64,000 bases of DNA from Candidatus Latescibacterota bacterium (lineage in GTDB: Bacteria > Latescibacterota > UBA2968 > GCA-2709665). Made by a program: the position numbers and the translations under genes. The notes under the pieces are model-generated. The model saw only the letters and a list, made by a program, of their open reading frames with translations. It had not been told where the DNA came from and made no database searches. Below are positions 39,996 to 50,001 of this stretch, one piece after another. The first letter of the stretch is position 1. Each line of letters starts with the position of its first letter. The stretch is taken from the NCBI GenBank assembly GCA_965222075.1, contig OZ244937.1, forward strand, positions 1,152,001-1,216,000. The letters run 5' to 3'.

Positions 39996-41210
39996 ATGAC
40001 AGAGGATAGGCCGACCATTCTTATTGTAGACGACGAGCCGTTCAACCTGGATCTATTGGAACAGGAGCTGATTGATGACTACGCGTTGGTGAAGGCGGAG
40101 GACGGCGAAGGGGCGCTTCAGCAGGCCGAGGCGTGCGATCCGGACCTGATTCTGTTAGACGTGCGGATGCCGGGGATGAGCGGGTTGGAGGTGGTGCAGC
40201 ACCTTCGTGAGTCGGAACGGTATGTGACCACACCGGTGATTATGCTTACGGCGCAGTCCGGCCTGGACGCGCAGGTGGAGGGGCTGGATGCAGGTGCGGA
40301 CGATTATATTACCAAGCCGTTCGAGCCGGAGAACCTGCACGCGCGCATCCGCAGCGCGCTGCGCATCGGGCGGCTTCAGAAGGAACTGGCGCGGGAGCGC
40401 AACGATTTGAAGCAGGCTCTGGAAGAACTGCGGGCGGCGGAGGTGCAGCTTGTGCATTCGGAGAAGATGGCCGGGTTGGGCAAGCTTGTGGCGGGGGTGG
40501 CGCACGAGCTAAACAACCCGATCGGGTTCATCTACGCGAATATGGACCACTTCCGGCGCTACGTGGGGGAACTGCAGGCGGTCTTCGACGTGGGGTCGCT
40601 GCCTGCGGAGTCGGCCGAGCGGGCGGGCCGGGCGTTTGAGGTGCTCGGACGGCTGGTTGAGAGCTGTTCCAACGGGGCGGACCGGGTCAAGAAGATCGTG
40701 CAGGGGCTGCGGACGTTCTCCCGCCTGGACGAGGCCGAGCGCAAGGTGGTGGACGTCCACGAGGGGATCGACAGCACCTTAGCGCTATTGGAACACCACC
40801 TGAAGGATCGCATTGAGGTGCACCAGGACTACGGCGACCTGCCCCAGGTGGAGTGCTACGCGGGGCAGCTCAATCAGGTCTTCATGAATCTGTTGATAAA
40901 TGCGTCGGATGCGATTGGGGAAGAAGGAGATATCTGGATTACAACTGCGGTGGAGGGCGATGTTGTACGGGTCTCGATCCGGGACTCAGGGGCGGGGATT
41001 GATCCGGAGCATCTGAAGCAGGTTTTCGATCCGTTTTTCACGACGAAGGATGTGGGCAAAGGCACCGGTCTGGGACTGTCGATCAGCTACGGGGTCGTGG
41101 AGAAGCACGGGGGGAAGATCGAGGTGGAGGGCGGGGTGGGAGAGGGGGCGACGTTTACGGTGGTGGTGCCGGTGCGGATGGAGGACGGCGAGGAAGAGGT
41201 GGGGGGGTGA
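39996..41210 (+). CDS. Receiver-histidine kinase hybrid
   Basis: IVDDE, LLDVRMP, VAHELNNP, NLLINA.DA, FDPFFTTK, GTGLGL. Confidence 0.92.
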   Translation: MTEDRPTILIVDDEPFNLDLLEQELIDDYALVKAEDGEGALQQAEACDPDLILLDVRMPGMSGLEVVQHLRESERYVTTPVIMLTAQSGLDAQVEGLDAGADDYITKPFEPENLHARIRSALRIGRLQKELARERNDLKQALEELRAAEVQLVHSEKMAGLGKLVAGVAHELNNPIGFIYANMDHFRRYVGELQAVFDVGSLPAESAERAGRAFEVLGRLVESCSNGADRVKKIVQGLRTFSRLDEAERKVVDVHEGIDSTLALLEHHLKDRIEVHQDYGDLPQVECYAGQLNQVFMNLLINASDAIGEEGDIWITTAVEGDVVRVSIRDSGAGIDPEHLKQVFDPFFTTKDVGKGTGLGLSISYGVVEKHGGKIEVEGGVGEGATFTVVVPVRMEDGEEEVGG

Positions 41211-41292
41211 GAAAAAAGAGGTGGCATGTCGGTGGTTTATGAATATATTATCTTAGTGAATCCCCCTGTGTTCCCTTTTTGGAGTGCGGAAA

Positions 41293-42960
41293 ATGGCTGT
41301 TCCGACAAACGGTGAGCTTGTTGAGCGCTGGCGCGACGAACCGGCGCCCCTGCTTCCCCTGCTGCACGCTTTCCACGATCGGGACGGGTTTGTTTCCGAC
41401 GAGGCGATCCGGGAAGTATCTCAGAGCCTGAAGATTCCCCTGGCCGAGTTGTTCGGGACGGTGACCTTTTACCACCATTTCTCCCGTACGGCGCCCGGAC
41501 AGAGCGTCCCCAGGGTCTGTACGGGGCCGATCTGCTGCCTGAGGGAGGGGAGGGAGCTTCTGGAGGCGCTTGGAGATGGGGCGACGGCGATGCCCTGCGC
41601 CGGGCGCTGCGACGATCCGATTCCGGTTCTTAAGGGGCACAAGGTGCTGGTGGGCACGCAGGCGGACGCGCTGACGCCCCAACCTGCGCCTCTGCCTCCA
41701 CCGAATCCGGACGGGTGTGAAGAGTGTGTTTTTGCGGGGATTCGTGAGCCGGGAAGAGCCGGGATCGAGGGCTATCGGAAGACGGGCGGGTACGAGGGGC
41801 TGATCAAAGCGGTCCGGGAGATGAGCCCGGCCGGGGTGATCGAGCGCATTACCCGGAGCAAGTTGGCGGGGCGCGGAGGCGCGGGGTTCCCGACCGGGGT
41901 GAAATGGAAGGCGGTGGCCGACGAGTCGCGCGGGCCAAAGACGATTGTGTGCAATGCGGATGAGGGGGAGCCGGGCTGCTTCAAGGACCGGGCGGTGATG
42001 GATTACGATCCCCACGCGGTGATCGAGGGGATGGCCCTGGCCGCGTACGCAACCGGCGCGGCGCGCGGGTTTATCTACCTGAGGTACGAGTATCCGGAGA
42101 CGTTTGGGACCCTCGAACGGGCGATTGCGGAGGCGGAGGCGGCGGGGTTCCTGGGCGAGAAGATCCTGGGGGCGGATTTCGGCTTCCGGATCTATCTGCG
42201 GCGGGGGGCGGGCGCCTATGTCTGCGGCGAGGAGGGGTCGCTGCTGAACAGCCTGGAGGGCAAGCATCCCTTCCCGCGCAACCGGCCGCCGTTTCCGGTG
42301 ACGCACGGGTACGATGACCTGCCAACGGTGGTGAACAATGTGGAGACGCTGGTGGCCACGCCGCCCATTCTGTGCCACGGGGCGGAATGGTATCAGGCCC
42401 TGGGGCAAAACGGGCAGGCGGGCACGAAAGTGATCAGCCTGTCGGGTGATATCCGGAGGCCGGGGAACTACGAGGCGCCGCTGGGGCTGCCTTTGAAGAC
42501 CCTGCTTTACGACTGGGCGGGCGGTCCGCCGGAGGGGCGGTCGGTCCAGGCGGTGACGATGGCCGGGCTGTCCGGTGGTTTTCTCGCCGGGGACGCACTG
42601 GGGGTGACGCTGGACGAGCAGAGCATCCGGAGCAAGGGGTCCTTCCTGGGCGCGGGCGGGATTATGGTGTTCGACGACAGCCGGGATATGGTCCGGGTGG
42701 CGCACGGCGCGATGGCCTTTTTCGCCGAGGAGTCCTGCGGCAAGTGCTTTCCCTGCCGGATCGGCACACACCGGCTTGTCGAACGCCTCGCCGGGGAAGC
42801 AGGTCCGAAGGATGTGGCGGCCTGGCGGGGTGAGGTGCACGATATCGGCGAGACGATGAAGGCGATCAGCGCCTGCGGCCTGGGTGTGGCGGCGCCCCTG
42901 GTTACGGACAGCCTGATGGCGTATTTTCCAGAGCAGGTTGCGCGGCATGTACAGTCCTGA
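41293..42960 (+). CDS. NuoE-NuoF-like fused diaphorase subunit of NAD-linked formate dehydrogenase
   Basis: TFYHHF...CTGPIC...CAGRC then GRGGAGFPTG, CNADEGEPG, YVCGEE, ESCGKCFPCRIG. Confidence 0.9.
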   Translation: MAVPTNGELVERWRDEPAPLLPLLHAFHDRDGFVSDEAIREVSQSLKIPLAELFGTVTFYHHFSRTAPGQSVPRVCTGPICCLREGRELLEALGDGATAMPCAGRCDDPIPVLKGHKVLVGTQADALTPQPAPLPPPNPDGCEECVFAGIREPGRAGIEGYRKTGGYEGLIKAVREMSPAGVIERITRSKLAGRGGAGFPTGVKWKAVADESRGPKTIVCNADEGEPGCFKDRAVMDYDPHAVIEGMALAAYATGAARGFIYLRYEYPETFGTLERAIAEAEAAGFLGEKILGADFGFRIYLRRGAGAYVCGEEGSLLNSLEGKHPFPRNRPPFPVTHGYDDLPTVVNNVETLVATPPILCHGAEWYQALGQNGQAGTKVISLSGDIRRPGNYEAPLGLPLKTLLYDWAGGPPEGRSVQAVTMAGLSGGFLAGDALGVTLDEQSIRSKGSFLGAGGIMVFDDSRDMVRVAHGAMAFFAEESCGKCFPCRIGTHRLVERLAGEAGPKDVAAWRGEVHDIGETMKAISACGLGVAAPLVTDSLMAYFPEQVARHVQS

Positions 42961-43807
42961 AACCTGCACAGAGCCCCTGACCCGGCCCGTGATCATTGCA
43001 TGTGCGATTACCGGTTCGGTACCGCGCAAAGAACACAACCCGGCGGTGCCGATTTCGCCTTCGGAGCAGATCGAGTCAACCCACGAGGCCTTTGAGGCCG
43101 GCGCCACGCTGGTACACATCCACGTGCGCGAGCCGGACGAGGCGTCCTCTTCGGACCCCGGGAAGTTCGCCCGGGTGCAGGCGGGGGTGAAAAAACACTG
43201 CCCCGGGATGATCATCCAGTTTTCCACCGGCGGGCGGGGGCGCGGTCCGGCCCAGCGGGCATCGGCGCTGCACCTGAAGCCGGATATGGCCTCGCTGGCG
43301 ACCGGGTCGGTGAATTTTCCGAATATCATCTACCAGAACCCGCCGGAGCTGATCCGGGATATGGCGCAAAAGATGCTGGATTACGGCATCAAGCCGGAGG
43401 TCGAGGTCTTCGACCTGTCCATGCTCTACATTGCGGTGGAGATGGCGGAGGAAGGGCTGCTGGCGCCGCCTCTGCACGTGCAGTTTGTGATGGGAATTCG
43501 CAATGCATTGCCCGGGCGGCGGGAGGCGCTGGCGTTTATGGTGAGCGAACTCCACGCGCTGGCGCCGGACGCGACGTGGGTCGCTGCGGGGATCGGGCGC
43601 AACCAGCGGGTGTTGAACCACTGGGCGTCAGAACTGGGCGGGCATCTGCGCACCGGGCTGGAGGACAATATCCGGTACGACAAATCCCGTCTGGCCAGGA
43701 GTAATGCGGAACTCGTGGAACTCGCGGCCGAGATCGCCGCGGAGCACGGGCGGAGGCCCGCTACGGTGGCCGAAGCGCGGTCGCTGCTTCATTTGGATAA
43801 CACCTGA
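42947..43807 (+). CDS. Beta-keto acid cleavage enzyme (BKACE/Kce family)
   Basis: CAITG, HIHVR, STGG, PEVEVFD, RTGLED. Confidence 0.92.
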   Translation: MYSPETCTEPLTRPVIIACAITGSVPRKEHNPAVPISPSEQIESTHEAFEAGATLVHIHVREPDEASSSDPGKFARVQAGVKKHCPGMIIQFSTGGRGRGPAQRASALHLKPDMASLATGSVNFPNIIYQNPPELIRDMAQKMLDYGIKPEVEVFDLSMLYIAVEMAEEGLLAPPLHVQFVMGIRNALPGRREALAFMVSELHALAPDATWVAAGIGRNQRVLNHWASELGGHLRTGLEDNIRYDKSRLARSNAELVELAAEIAAEHGRRPATVAEARSLLHLDNT

Positions 43808-43824
43808 CAAAGAGGAAGGGTGCG

Positions 43825-46566
43825 ATGAGCGCAACGGAAACAGATGCCCGGGTTGCTACGATGACGCTGGACGGCGAAGCGGTCGGTTTTACCCAGGGCG
43901 AGACGATCTACGAAGTGGCCCAACGGTGCCGGAAGGAGATCCCGACACTCTGTTACGACCCCAGACTGGAGCCGTTCGGGGGCTGTCGGCTGTGCGTGGT
44001 GGAGGTGGAGGGGGCGCGGACCCCGGTGGCGTCGTGTACAACAAAAGCTACCCCGGAGATGGTTGTGTGCACGACGACGGAGGCGATCACGAAGCACCGG
44101 AAGACGCTGCTGGAGATGGTCGTGTCTGAGAACCGTGAGGTCGACGTGGACCCGCTGCGGGGCTATGCCTCGCAGGAGCTTTCGGCGCTTGTGGACCGGT
44201 ACGGGGCGGGTACGGGCCGCTTTGCCGGGGCGGGGTCGGGGGTGAGCAAGGAGGACGACAATCCCTTCCTGTTGCGGGATTACGATCTGTGCATCTCCTG
44301 CTACCGGTGCGTGCGGGTGTGCGCGGAGCAGGAGGGAGACCACGCGATCAATGTGATGAACCGGGGGTTCCACACGCAGATTACGACCGAGTTCGACGGT
44401 GTTTTGAAAGATTCGTCATGTACCTTCTGCGGGCAGTGCGTGCAGACCTGTCCGACGGGCGCGCTGGGTGACAAGAAGGCGATGCGCGCGGCCGAGGCGC
44501 CGGGCGAGATCGAGAAGACCCGGTCGATCTGCCCTTACTGCGGGGTGGGCTGCTCGGTGGATATTATGACGAAGGGGGAGCAGGTCGTGGGCATCCAGCC
44601 GGCGATGGACGGCCCGGCGAACTTGGGCGCGCTGTGCGTGAAGGGGCAGTTCGCATTTGATTTCGTACAGCACCCGGACCGGTTGACGATGCCGCTTGTG
44701 CGGGGGGAGGACGGGGCGTTTCACGAGACGGGTTGGGACGAGGCGCTGGACCGGGCGGCTGCGGGCTTCCGGAAGGCGTTGGAGAAGCACGGGAGGTACA
44801 GCGTCTACGGGGTGGCTTCGGGCCGGGCGCCGAACGAGGCGGCCTATGCGATGCAGAAGTTTATTCGGGTGGGGTTTGGCACCAACCAGATCGACAACTG
44901 CAGCCGTGCGTGACACGCCCCAACGGTTGCCGGTCTGGCAGCCACAATCGGACGGGGCGCCATGTCGAACCCGCTGGCCGACATGGAGAGGCCGGATGTT
45001 ATTTTCTGCATCGGGACGAATATGACCGAGTGTCACCCGGTGGCGGCGACCGGCCTGAAGAAGGCGCTGGCCCGGGGGGCGAAGATGATCGTCGCCGATC
45101 CCAGACGCATCCCGCTGGCGGAGATGGCGGATCTGCACCTGCCCATCCGGGTGGGCTCGGATGTACCCCTGCTTCTGGCGATGGCGCACGTCATCGAGCG
45201 TGAAGGGCTCGTGAATGAGCAGTTCATCGGCGAGCGTACGGTGAAGGGCGAGGAATTCTTAGCGCACGTCAAGGAGTACCCGCCCGAGTGGGCGGAGCAG
45301 ATTACCGGGGTGCCCGCCAAAGATATCGAGACGGCCGCGATCTGGTACGGGAAGGCGGAGAGGGGGGCGATCTATTACACTTTGGGGATTACCGAACACA
45401 TCTGCGGCGTGGACAACGTGCAGAGCCTGTGCAACTTAGCCCTGATGACCGGCAACGTGGGACGCGAGGGCACGGGCATCAACCCGATGCGCGGTCAGAA
45501 CAACATCCAGGGCGCGGGGGATTCCGGCGCGATTCCGTCGGACTTTCCAGGTTTCCAGCCGTGTGCTGACTCTGAAAACGTAGAGAAATTCTCGGAGATC
45601 TACGGCCGGGATATCGACGCCGAGAAGGGGATTACGAAGGTTACGGCGTTGGAGATGTGCGGAGACCAGATCCGGGCGATGCTCATCGACGGGGAAAATA
45701 CCTTGCTGTCGGATCCGGACCGCCAGCACTGTGAGCACGCGCTGAAGAGCCTGGACCACCTTGTGGTGATTGACATCTTCCTGACCGAGACGGCGCAGCT
45801 GGCCGATGTTGTGTTCCCCGCAACGGCCTGGGCCGAGACCGACGGGGTGTGCGCGAATACGGAGCGGCGAGTGCAGCGTTTGCGCGCAGCCGTTCCGCCG
45901 GCGGGGCAGGCGAAGCCGGACTGGTGGATTGTCGCCCAGATTGCGAAACGCGCGGGGCTCAAAGGCTTCGATTGGGAATCTCCTAAAGAGGTGTTCAACG
46001 AGCTGTGCAGCGTATCGCCAATCTACTCCGGTCTGGACTGGGACCGGATCGATAAGGGGGAATACCAGTGGCCGGTGCCGGACAAAGACCATCCGGGGAC
46101 GCCGATTCTGCACCAGGAGGAGTTCCGAAACGGGCGGGGGATTTTCACCCGCCACCGGTACCGCAGTCCGGCCGAGACCGTCAGCGCAGAATTTCCGGTG
46201 TGGCTCACAACAGGGCGGCGGTTGCAGTCTTATCACACACGCACGCAGACGGGCCGCGCAGAGGGGATCGATTACCTGCTGTCCGAGGAGGCCTTAGAGG
46301 TGCATCCCGACGATGTGGTGGCATGGGGGCTTCAGGACGGCGGCTGGTGCCGTCTGTCGAGTTCGCGCGGTTCGGTCGTGATCAAGGTCAAGAGCACGGA
46401 GCAGTCGCCGCGGGGCACGGTGTTTGCAAGCTTCAGCTTCAGCGATGTACCCGTAAACATCCTGACGGGATCGGGCTACGACCCGATCACCGAAACCGCC
46501 GAGCTCAAGGTCTGTCCGGTGTGCGTGGAGCCGGTCGAGAATCCGGAAGCGGTGCCGGCGGATTAG
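43825..46566 (+). CDS. fdhF: Formate dehydrogenase alpha subunit, selenocysteine-containing
   Basis: ORFs 43825-44913 and 44962-46566 share a frame and are joined by TGA in NCSRA-U-HAPTVAGL; CPYCGVGC, RGQNNIQG, LTTGR. Confidence 0.93.
44911..44952 (+). promoter_or_regulatory. Sec codon and bacterial SECIS hairpin
   Basis: TGA CAC GCC CCA AC GGTTGCC-GGTCT-GGCAGCC, closely resembling the E. coli fdhF SECIS. Confidence 0.88.
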
Positions 46567-46657
46567 ACCCCTTCCCCGGCCTCTCTACAAGACTTGAAGG
46601 GGGGGTTAGGTCATTTCCGACAAAGCTCAGAAGGTTGCGCAGCGGGTCGTTTTCAGG

Positions 46658-47467
46658 GTGCGAGACGGGAAACCGGCCCACGGTGCGGAAGATGCGGTTG
46701 CTGTTGAAGAGCCGCTGGAGATTCGCGTTGCGGGGGACCCCGTGGCGGTGACCATGCGAACGCCGGGGGATGACGAGCGGCTGGCGGTCGGGTTCCTGTT
46801 TGCAGAGGGGATTGTGGCGTCGATCGAGGATGTGGGGCGGGCGTTCCACTGCGGGCGGCCCGGCACGGAAGGGTATGGGAATGCGATTGACGTGCTGCCT
46901 GCGCCCGGGGTCTCGCTGGATGTGGACCGGGTGCTTGCGACAAGACGGGGAACGCTGACCACGTCGGCCTGCGGGGTGTGCGGACGGCAGAGTATTGAGG
47001 ATTTGGTGGCCCGCTGTGTGGCCCTGCCGCCCGGGCCGCTGGTGGGGGTGGACCTGCTGTTTGAGGTTTTCAGGCGGCTCGGGGAGGTGCAGCCCACCTT
47101 CGCCGAAACGGGCGGGGTGCACGCCGCGGCGATGTTTTCCGGCTCGGGCGACCTGATGGCCTGTTACGAGGATGTGGGACGGCACAACGCGGTGGATAAG
47201 GCCGTGGGCGCGCTGCTTTACGAGCGCCTCGTCGGAGAGGGCCGGGCACCGCCGGCAGATCGGACGCCTGCGATTTTGACGGTGAGCGGGCGGGCGAGTT
47301 TCGAGATCGTGCAGAAGGCGGCAGTGGCGGGGATTCCGATTGTGACAAGCGTCTCGGCGGCCAGTTCGCTGGCGGTGGATCTGGCCCGTTCGACACAGAT
47401 CACGCTGGCCGGGTTCGTGCGGGGGAACGGATTTAACATCTACTCACATCCGGAGCGAATCGTCTGA
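46658..47467 (+). CDS. fdhD: Formate dehydrogenase accessory sulfurtransferase
   Basis: EEPLEI, MRTPG, SACGVCG, TGGVHAA, EDVGRHNAVDK; true start may lie further upstream (46613). Confidence 0.93.
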   Translation: MRDGKPAHGAEDAVAVEEPLEIRVAGDPVAVTMRTPGDDERLAVGFLFAEGIVASIEDVGRAFHCGRPGTEGYGNAIDVLPAPGVSLDVDRVLATRRGTLTTSACGVCGRQSIEDLVARCVALPPGPLVGVDLLFEVFRRLGEVQPTFAETGGVHAAAMFSGSGDLMACYEDVGRHNAVDKAVGALLYERLVGEGRAPPADRTPAILTVSGRASFEIVQKAAVAGIPIVTSVSAASSLAVDLARSTQITLAGFVRGNGFNIYSHPERIV

Positions 47468-47517
47468 TCTGATGGGGTTGCAGGTGATTTTGAGACCCAT
47501 TTGGAGGGCCAAATCCG

Positions 47518-47745
47518 ATGCCGATTTATGAATATGTATGCCAGGGGTGCGAACACGCTTTCGAGGTTTTTGTCCAGGGGTCGAAAAAGACGGCCTGTCC
47601 TGCCTGCGGAAGCGATGAACTCAAAAAGCAGTTCTCGGCTTTTGCGGTAATGGGGCAGGGCGCAGGCACACCCGCCCGCCCGCCGGGAGGGGCCTGTTCC
47701 ACGTGCGGGGATCCGCGAGGAGCGGGCGCGTGTGCGCTGAATTAG
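47518..47745 (+). CDS. FmdB-family zinc-ribbon protein
   Basis: MPIYEY.C..C.H.FE...CP.CGS, C-terminal CxxC...C. Confidence 0.88.
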   Translation: MPIYEYVCQGCEHAFEVFVQGSKKTACPACGSDELKKQFSAFAVMGQGAGTPARPPGGACSTCGDPRGAGACALN

Positions 47746-47888
47746 TCGGGGATCCGATTGAATACCATTGTGCAACGTAGAACGGTCTTCTTGCCCGTCT
47801 TCCGGGAGCTCGAACGTGTTCCTTGAGGCCGGGTATTTTTGTGGGTTTGCGAAATCGGGTGTGCGGCTTATCTTAATAAGGAGAGAAA

Positions 47889-48824
47889 ATGCCCGGGAGG
47901 TTTATCGAACGCCTGGCGGAAGGTCCGGTGCTCTGCGACGGGGCGTATTACCTGGAGCTTGAACGCCGGTGCTCTGCGGGGGTGGACCTGAGCGCGCCGA
48001 TGGCCGTTTTGGCCTACCCCGAAAGCGTGCTGGAGCTTCACCGGGAGTACGTGCGCGCCGGCGCCGAGGTCATCACGGCAATGGCTTTTGCCACGGGAAA
48101 CGACATTCCGACGGATCGGTCGGAGGACCTTCACCGGACCGCGATCGCGCTGGCCCGGGAAGCGGCGGGGCCGGATCGGTTTGTTGCAGGCGACCTGAAT
48201 TTTTACCGGTATGGCGGCAATACGTCTACGTGGGACCGTCCGATGACAGAGGCCGAGCGGCTGGAGGCGCAGCGGTTTTTTGAGCGGCGCGTTGGAGAGC
48301 AGCTTGATCAGGGAGTGGATCTCTTTATTGCGGAGACGTTTTATTCGGTAGACGAGGTGGGCCTGGCCCTGCCCTGCATCAAGCAGGCAGGGGTGCCGGC
48401 TGTGGTGACCCTGACCTTTCGGGCAAATGAGAAGACGCAGGACGGCCTGACGCCCGCCGAAGCGGCAAAACGGCTGGTCGATCTGGGCGCGGATGTTGTG
48501 GGCACCAACTGCGCCCGGCCCTGGGAGAGCATGAAGCCGATGGTACAGGGGATGCGAAACGCCGTATCGGCATTCGTCTGTTCCCAGCCCAATGGGTACC
48601 AGCTGGAGCGGGGGCAGTACTGGAATGAGAAATTCGGGGGAGACGCCATCCGCAGCGGGATTTCACTGCGTGAGGAGACGCGGTTTGCGATGGCGGATTA
48701 CGCTCGTGAGGCAAAGGGAATGGGGATCAATCTCATCGGCGCGTGCTGCGGGTGCCTGCCGTACCACATCCGGGCGATGGCGGAGGCGCTGGACAAACCC
48801 ACGGCTGTGGCCGACGCCTATTAA
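47889..48824 (+). CDS. Homocysteine S-methyltransferase family protein
   Basis: LCDGAY, LHREYVRAGA, GTNC, GACC Zn ligands. Confidence 0.87.
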   Translation: MPGRFIERLAEGPVLCDGAYYLELERRCSAGVDLSAPMAVLAYPESVLELHREYVRAGAEVITAMAFATGNDIPTDRSEDLHRTAIALAREAAGPDRFVAGDLNFYRYGGNTSTWDRPMTEAERLEAQRFFERRVGEQLDQGVDLFIAETFYSVDEVGLALPCIKQAGVPAVVTLTFRANEKTQDGLTPAEAAKRLVDLGADVVGTNCARPWESMKPMVQGMRNAVSAFVCSQPNGYQLERGQYWNEKFGGDAIRSGISLREETRFAMADYAREAKGMGINLIGACCGCLPYHIRAMAEALDKPTAVADAY

Positions 48825-48839
48825 GGAGTACGACACCCG

Positions 48840-49988
48840 ATGAAGATCACACGTATTGAGGGCTACCCGCTCGATTTCCCACAGCAGCCCGCCTGGGGGT
48901 ATGCAAAAGGCTGGGTGGAATCCGCCCCGGCGCTGCTGGTGGAGGTCCACACCGACGAGGGGATCAGCGGATTGGGCGAGGGCTACGGGCCGCCGCTTCC
49001 CATCCGGGAGATGGTCCGCAGCCTGTGCGAGCCGGTCGTGGTTGGAGCGGATCCGTTCCGCACGGAGGACTTCTGGAGCCGTCTGTATCACGATGCGCGT
49101 GATTTTTCGTATTCGGGCACGGCCCTGGCGGCGATCTCTGCGGTCGACATCGCCTGCTGGGATATTAAGGGCAAGGCGCTGGGGGTTCCGGTGTGTACCC
49201 TGCTGGGCGGCGCCGTGCGCACGGAGTTGCCCTGTTATGCTTCGGGGGTGCGCTATCTACGGCATCCGGACGACCCGAATCGGCTGGCCGATCCGGCCGA
49301 GTTGGCCCTGGACTTCGTGTCCCAGGGCTTCAAGGCGGTGAAGATGACGGTGGGGCTGATTGACCCGGCCGAGGACCTGAAACGGGTGCGGCGGGTGCGC
49401 GAGGCGCTCCCGGAGGGGGTTGACCTGATGGTGGACGCCAACCAGGCCTATACCGCACGGCAGGCGACCGGGGTGGGGCTGGCGCTTCAGGACCTGAATG
49501 TGACCTGGTTCGAGGACCCGTTGCCTCCGGATGATCTGCCCGGCTGGGAGGCGCTCCGGTCGCGCGTGAGCCTGGCTCTGGCAGGGGGGGAGACGTTCTC
49601 CACCCGGTTCGGGTACCGGGAGGCGCTGGTGCGGCATCTGTTCGATATCGTGCTGCCGGAGACCGGGCTGGCGGGCGGTCTGACGGAGTGCAAGAAGATC
49701 GTTGATATGGCATACGCTTTTGGCGTGGAGTGTACGCCGCATGGGTATGCCTCGGCGGTGGGGACGGCCGCTGCGATGCACCTGGCCGCTGCGCTACCGT
49801 TTCAGCCTTCGGCGGCCCACCCGTCCCTGTTGCCATTTGAGTACGCGCCCGGGTCGTTCAACCGCGTCGGCGACCTGCCGGTCCGTCCGTTTGCGTTCGA
49901 GAACGGCGTTTTAGAGGTGCCGATGGACCGGCCCGGACTGGGGATTGAGCTGGACCGCGATGCTGTGGTACGGCGGTTGATTTCGTGA
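48840..49988 (+). CDS. Mandelate racemase/muconate lactonising enzyme family protein
   Basis: DIACWDIKGK, MVDAN, WFEDP, GGE, PGLGIE. Confidence 0.9.
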   Translation: MKITRIEGYPLDFPQQPAWGYAKGWVESAPALLVEVHTDEGISGLGEGYGPPLPIREMVRSLCEPVVVGADPFRTEDFWSRLYHDARDFSYSGTALAAISAVDIACWDIKGKALGVPVCTLLGGAVRTELPCYASGVRYLRHPDDPNRLADPAELALDFVSQGFKAVKMTVGLIDPAEDLKRVRRVREALPEGVDLMVDANQAYTARQATGVGLALQDLNVTWFEDPLPPDDLPGWEALRSRVSLALAGGETFSTRFGYREALVRHLFDIVLPETGLAGGLTECKKIVDMAYAFGVECTPHGYASAVGTAAAMHLAAALPFQPSAAHPSLLPFEYAPGSFNRVGDLPVRPFAFENGVLEVPMDRPGLGIELDRDAVVRRLIS

Positions 49989-50001
49989 GGGATTCCGCCC
50001 G

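Noticed and set aside
43825-46566. FDH alpha as a split pseudogene
   Set aside because: The stop is an in-frame TGA at the Sec position with a SECIS.
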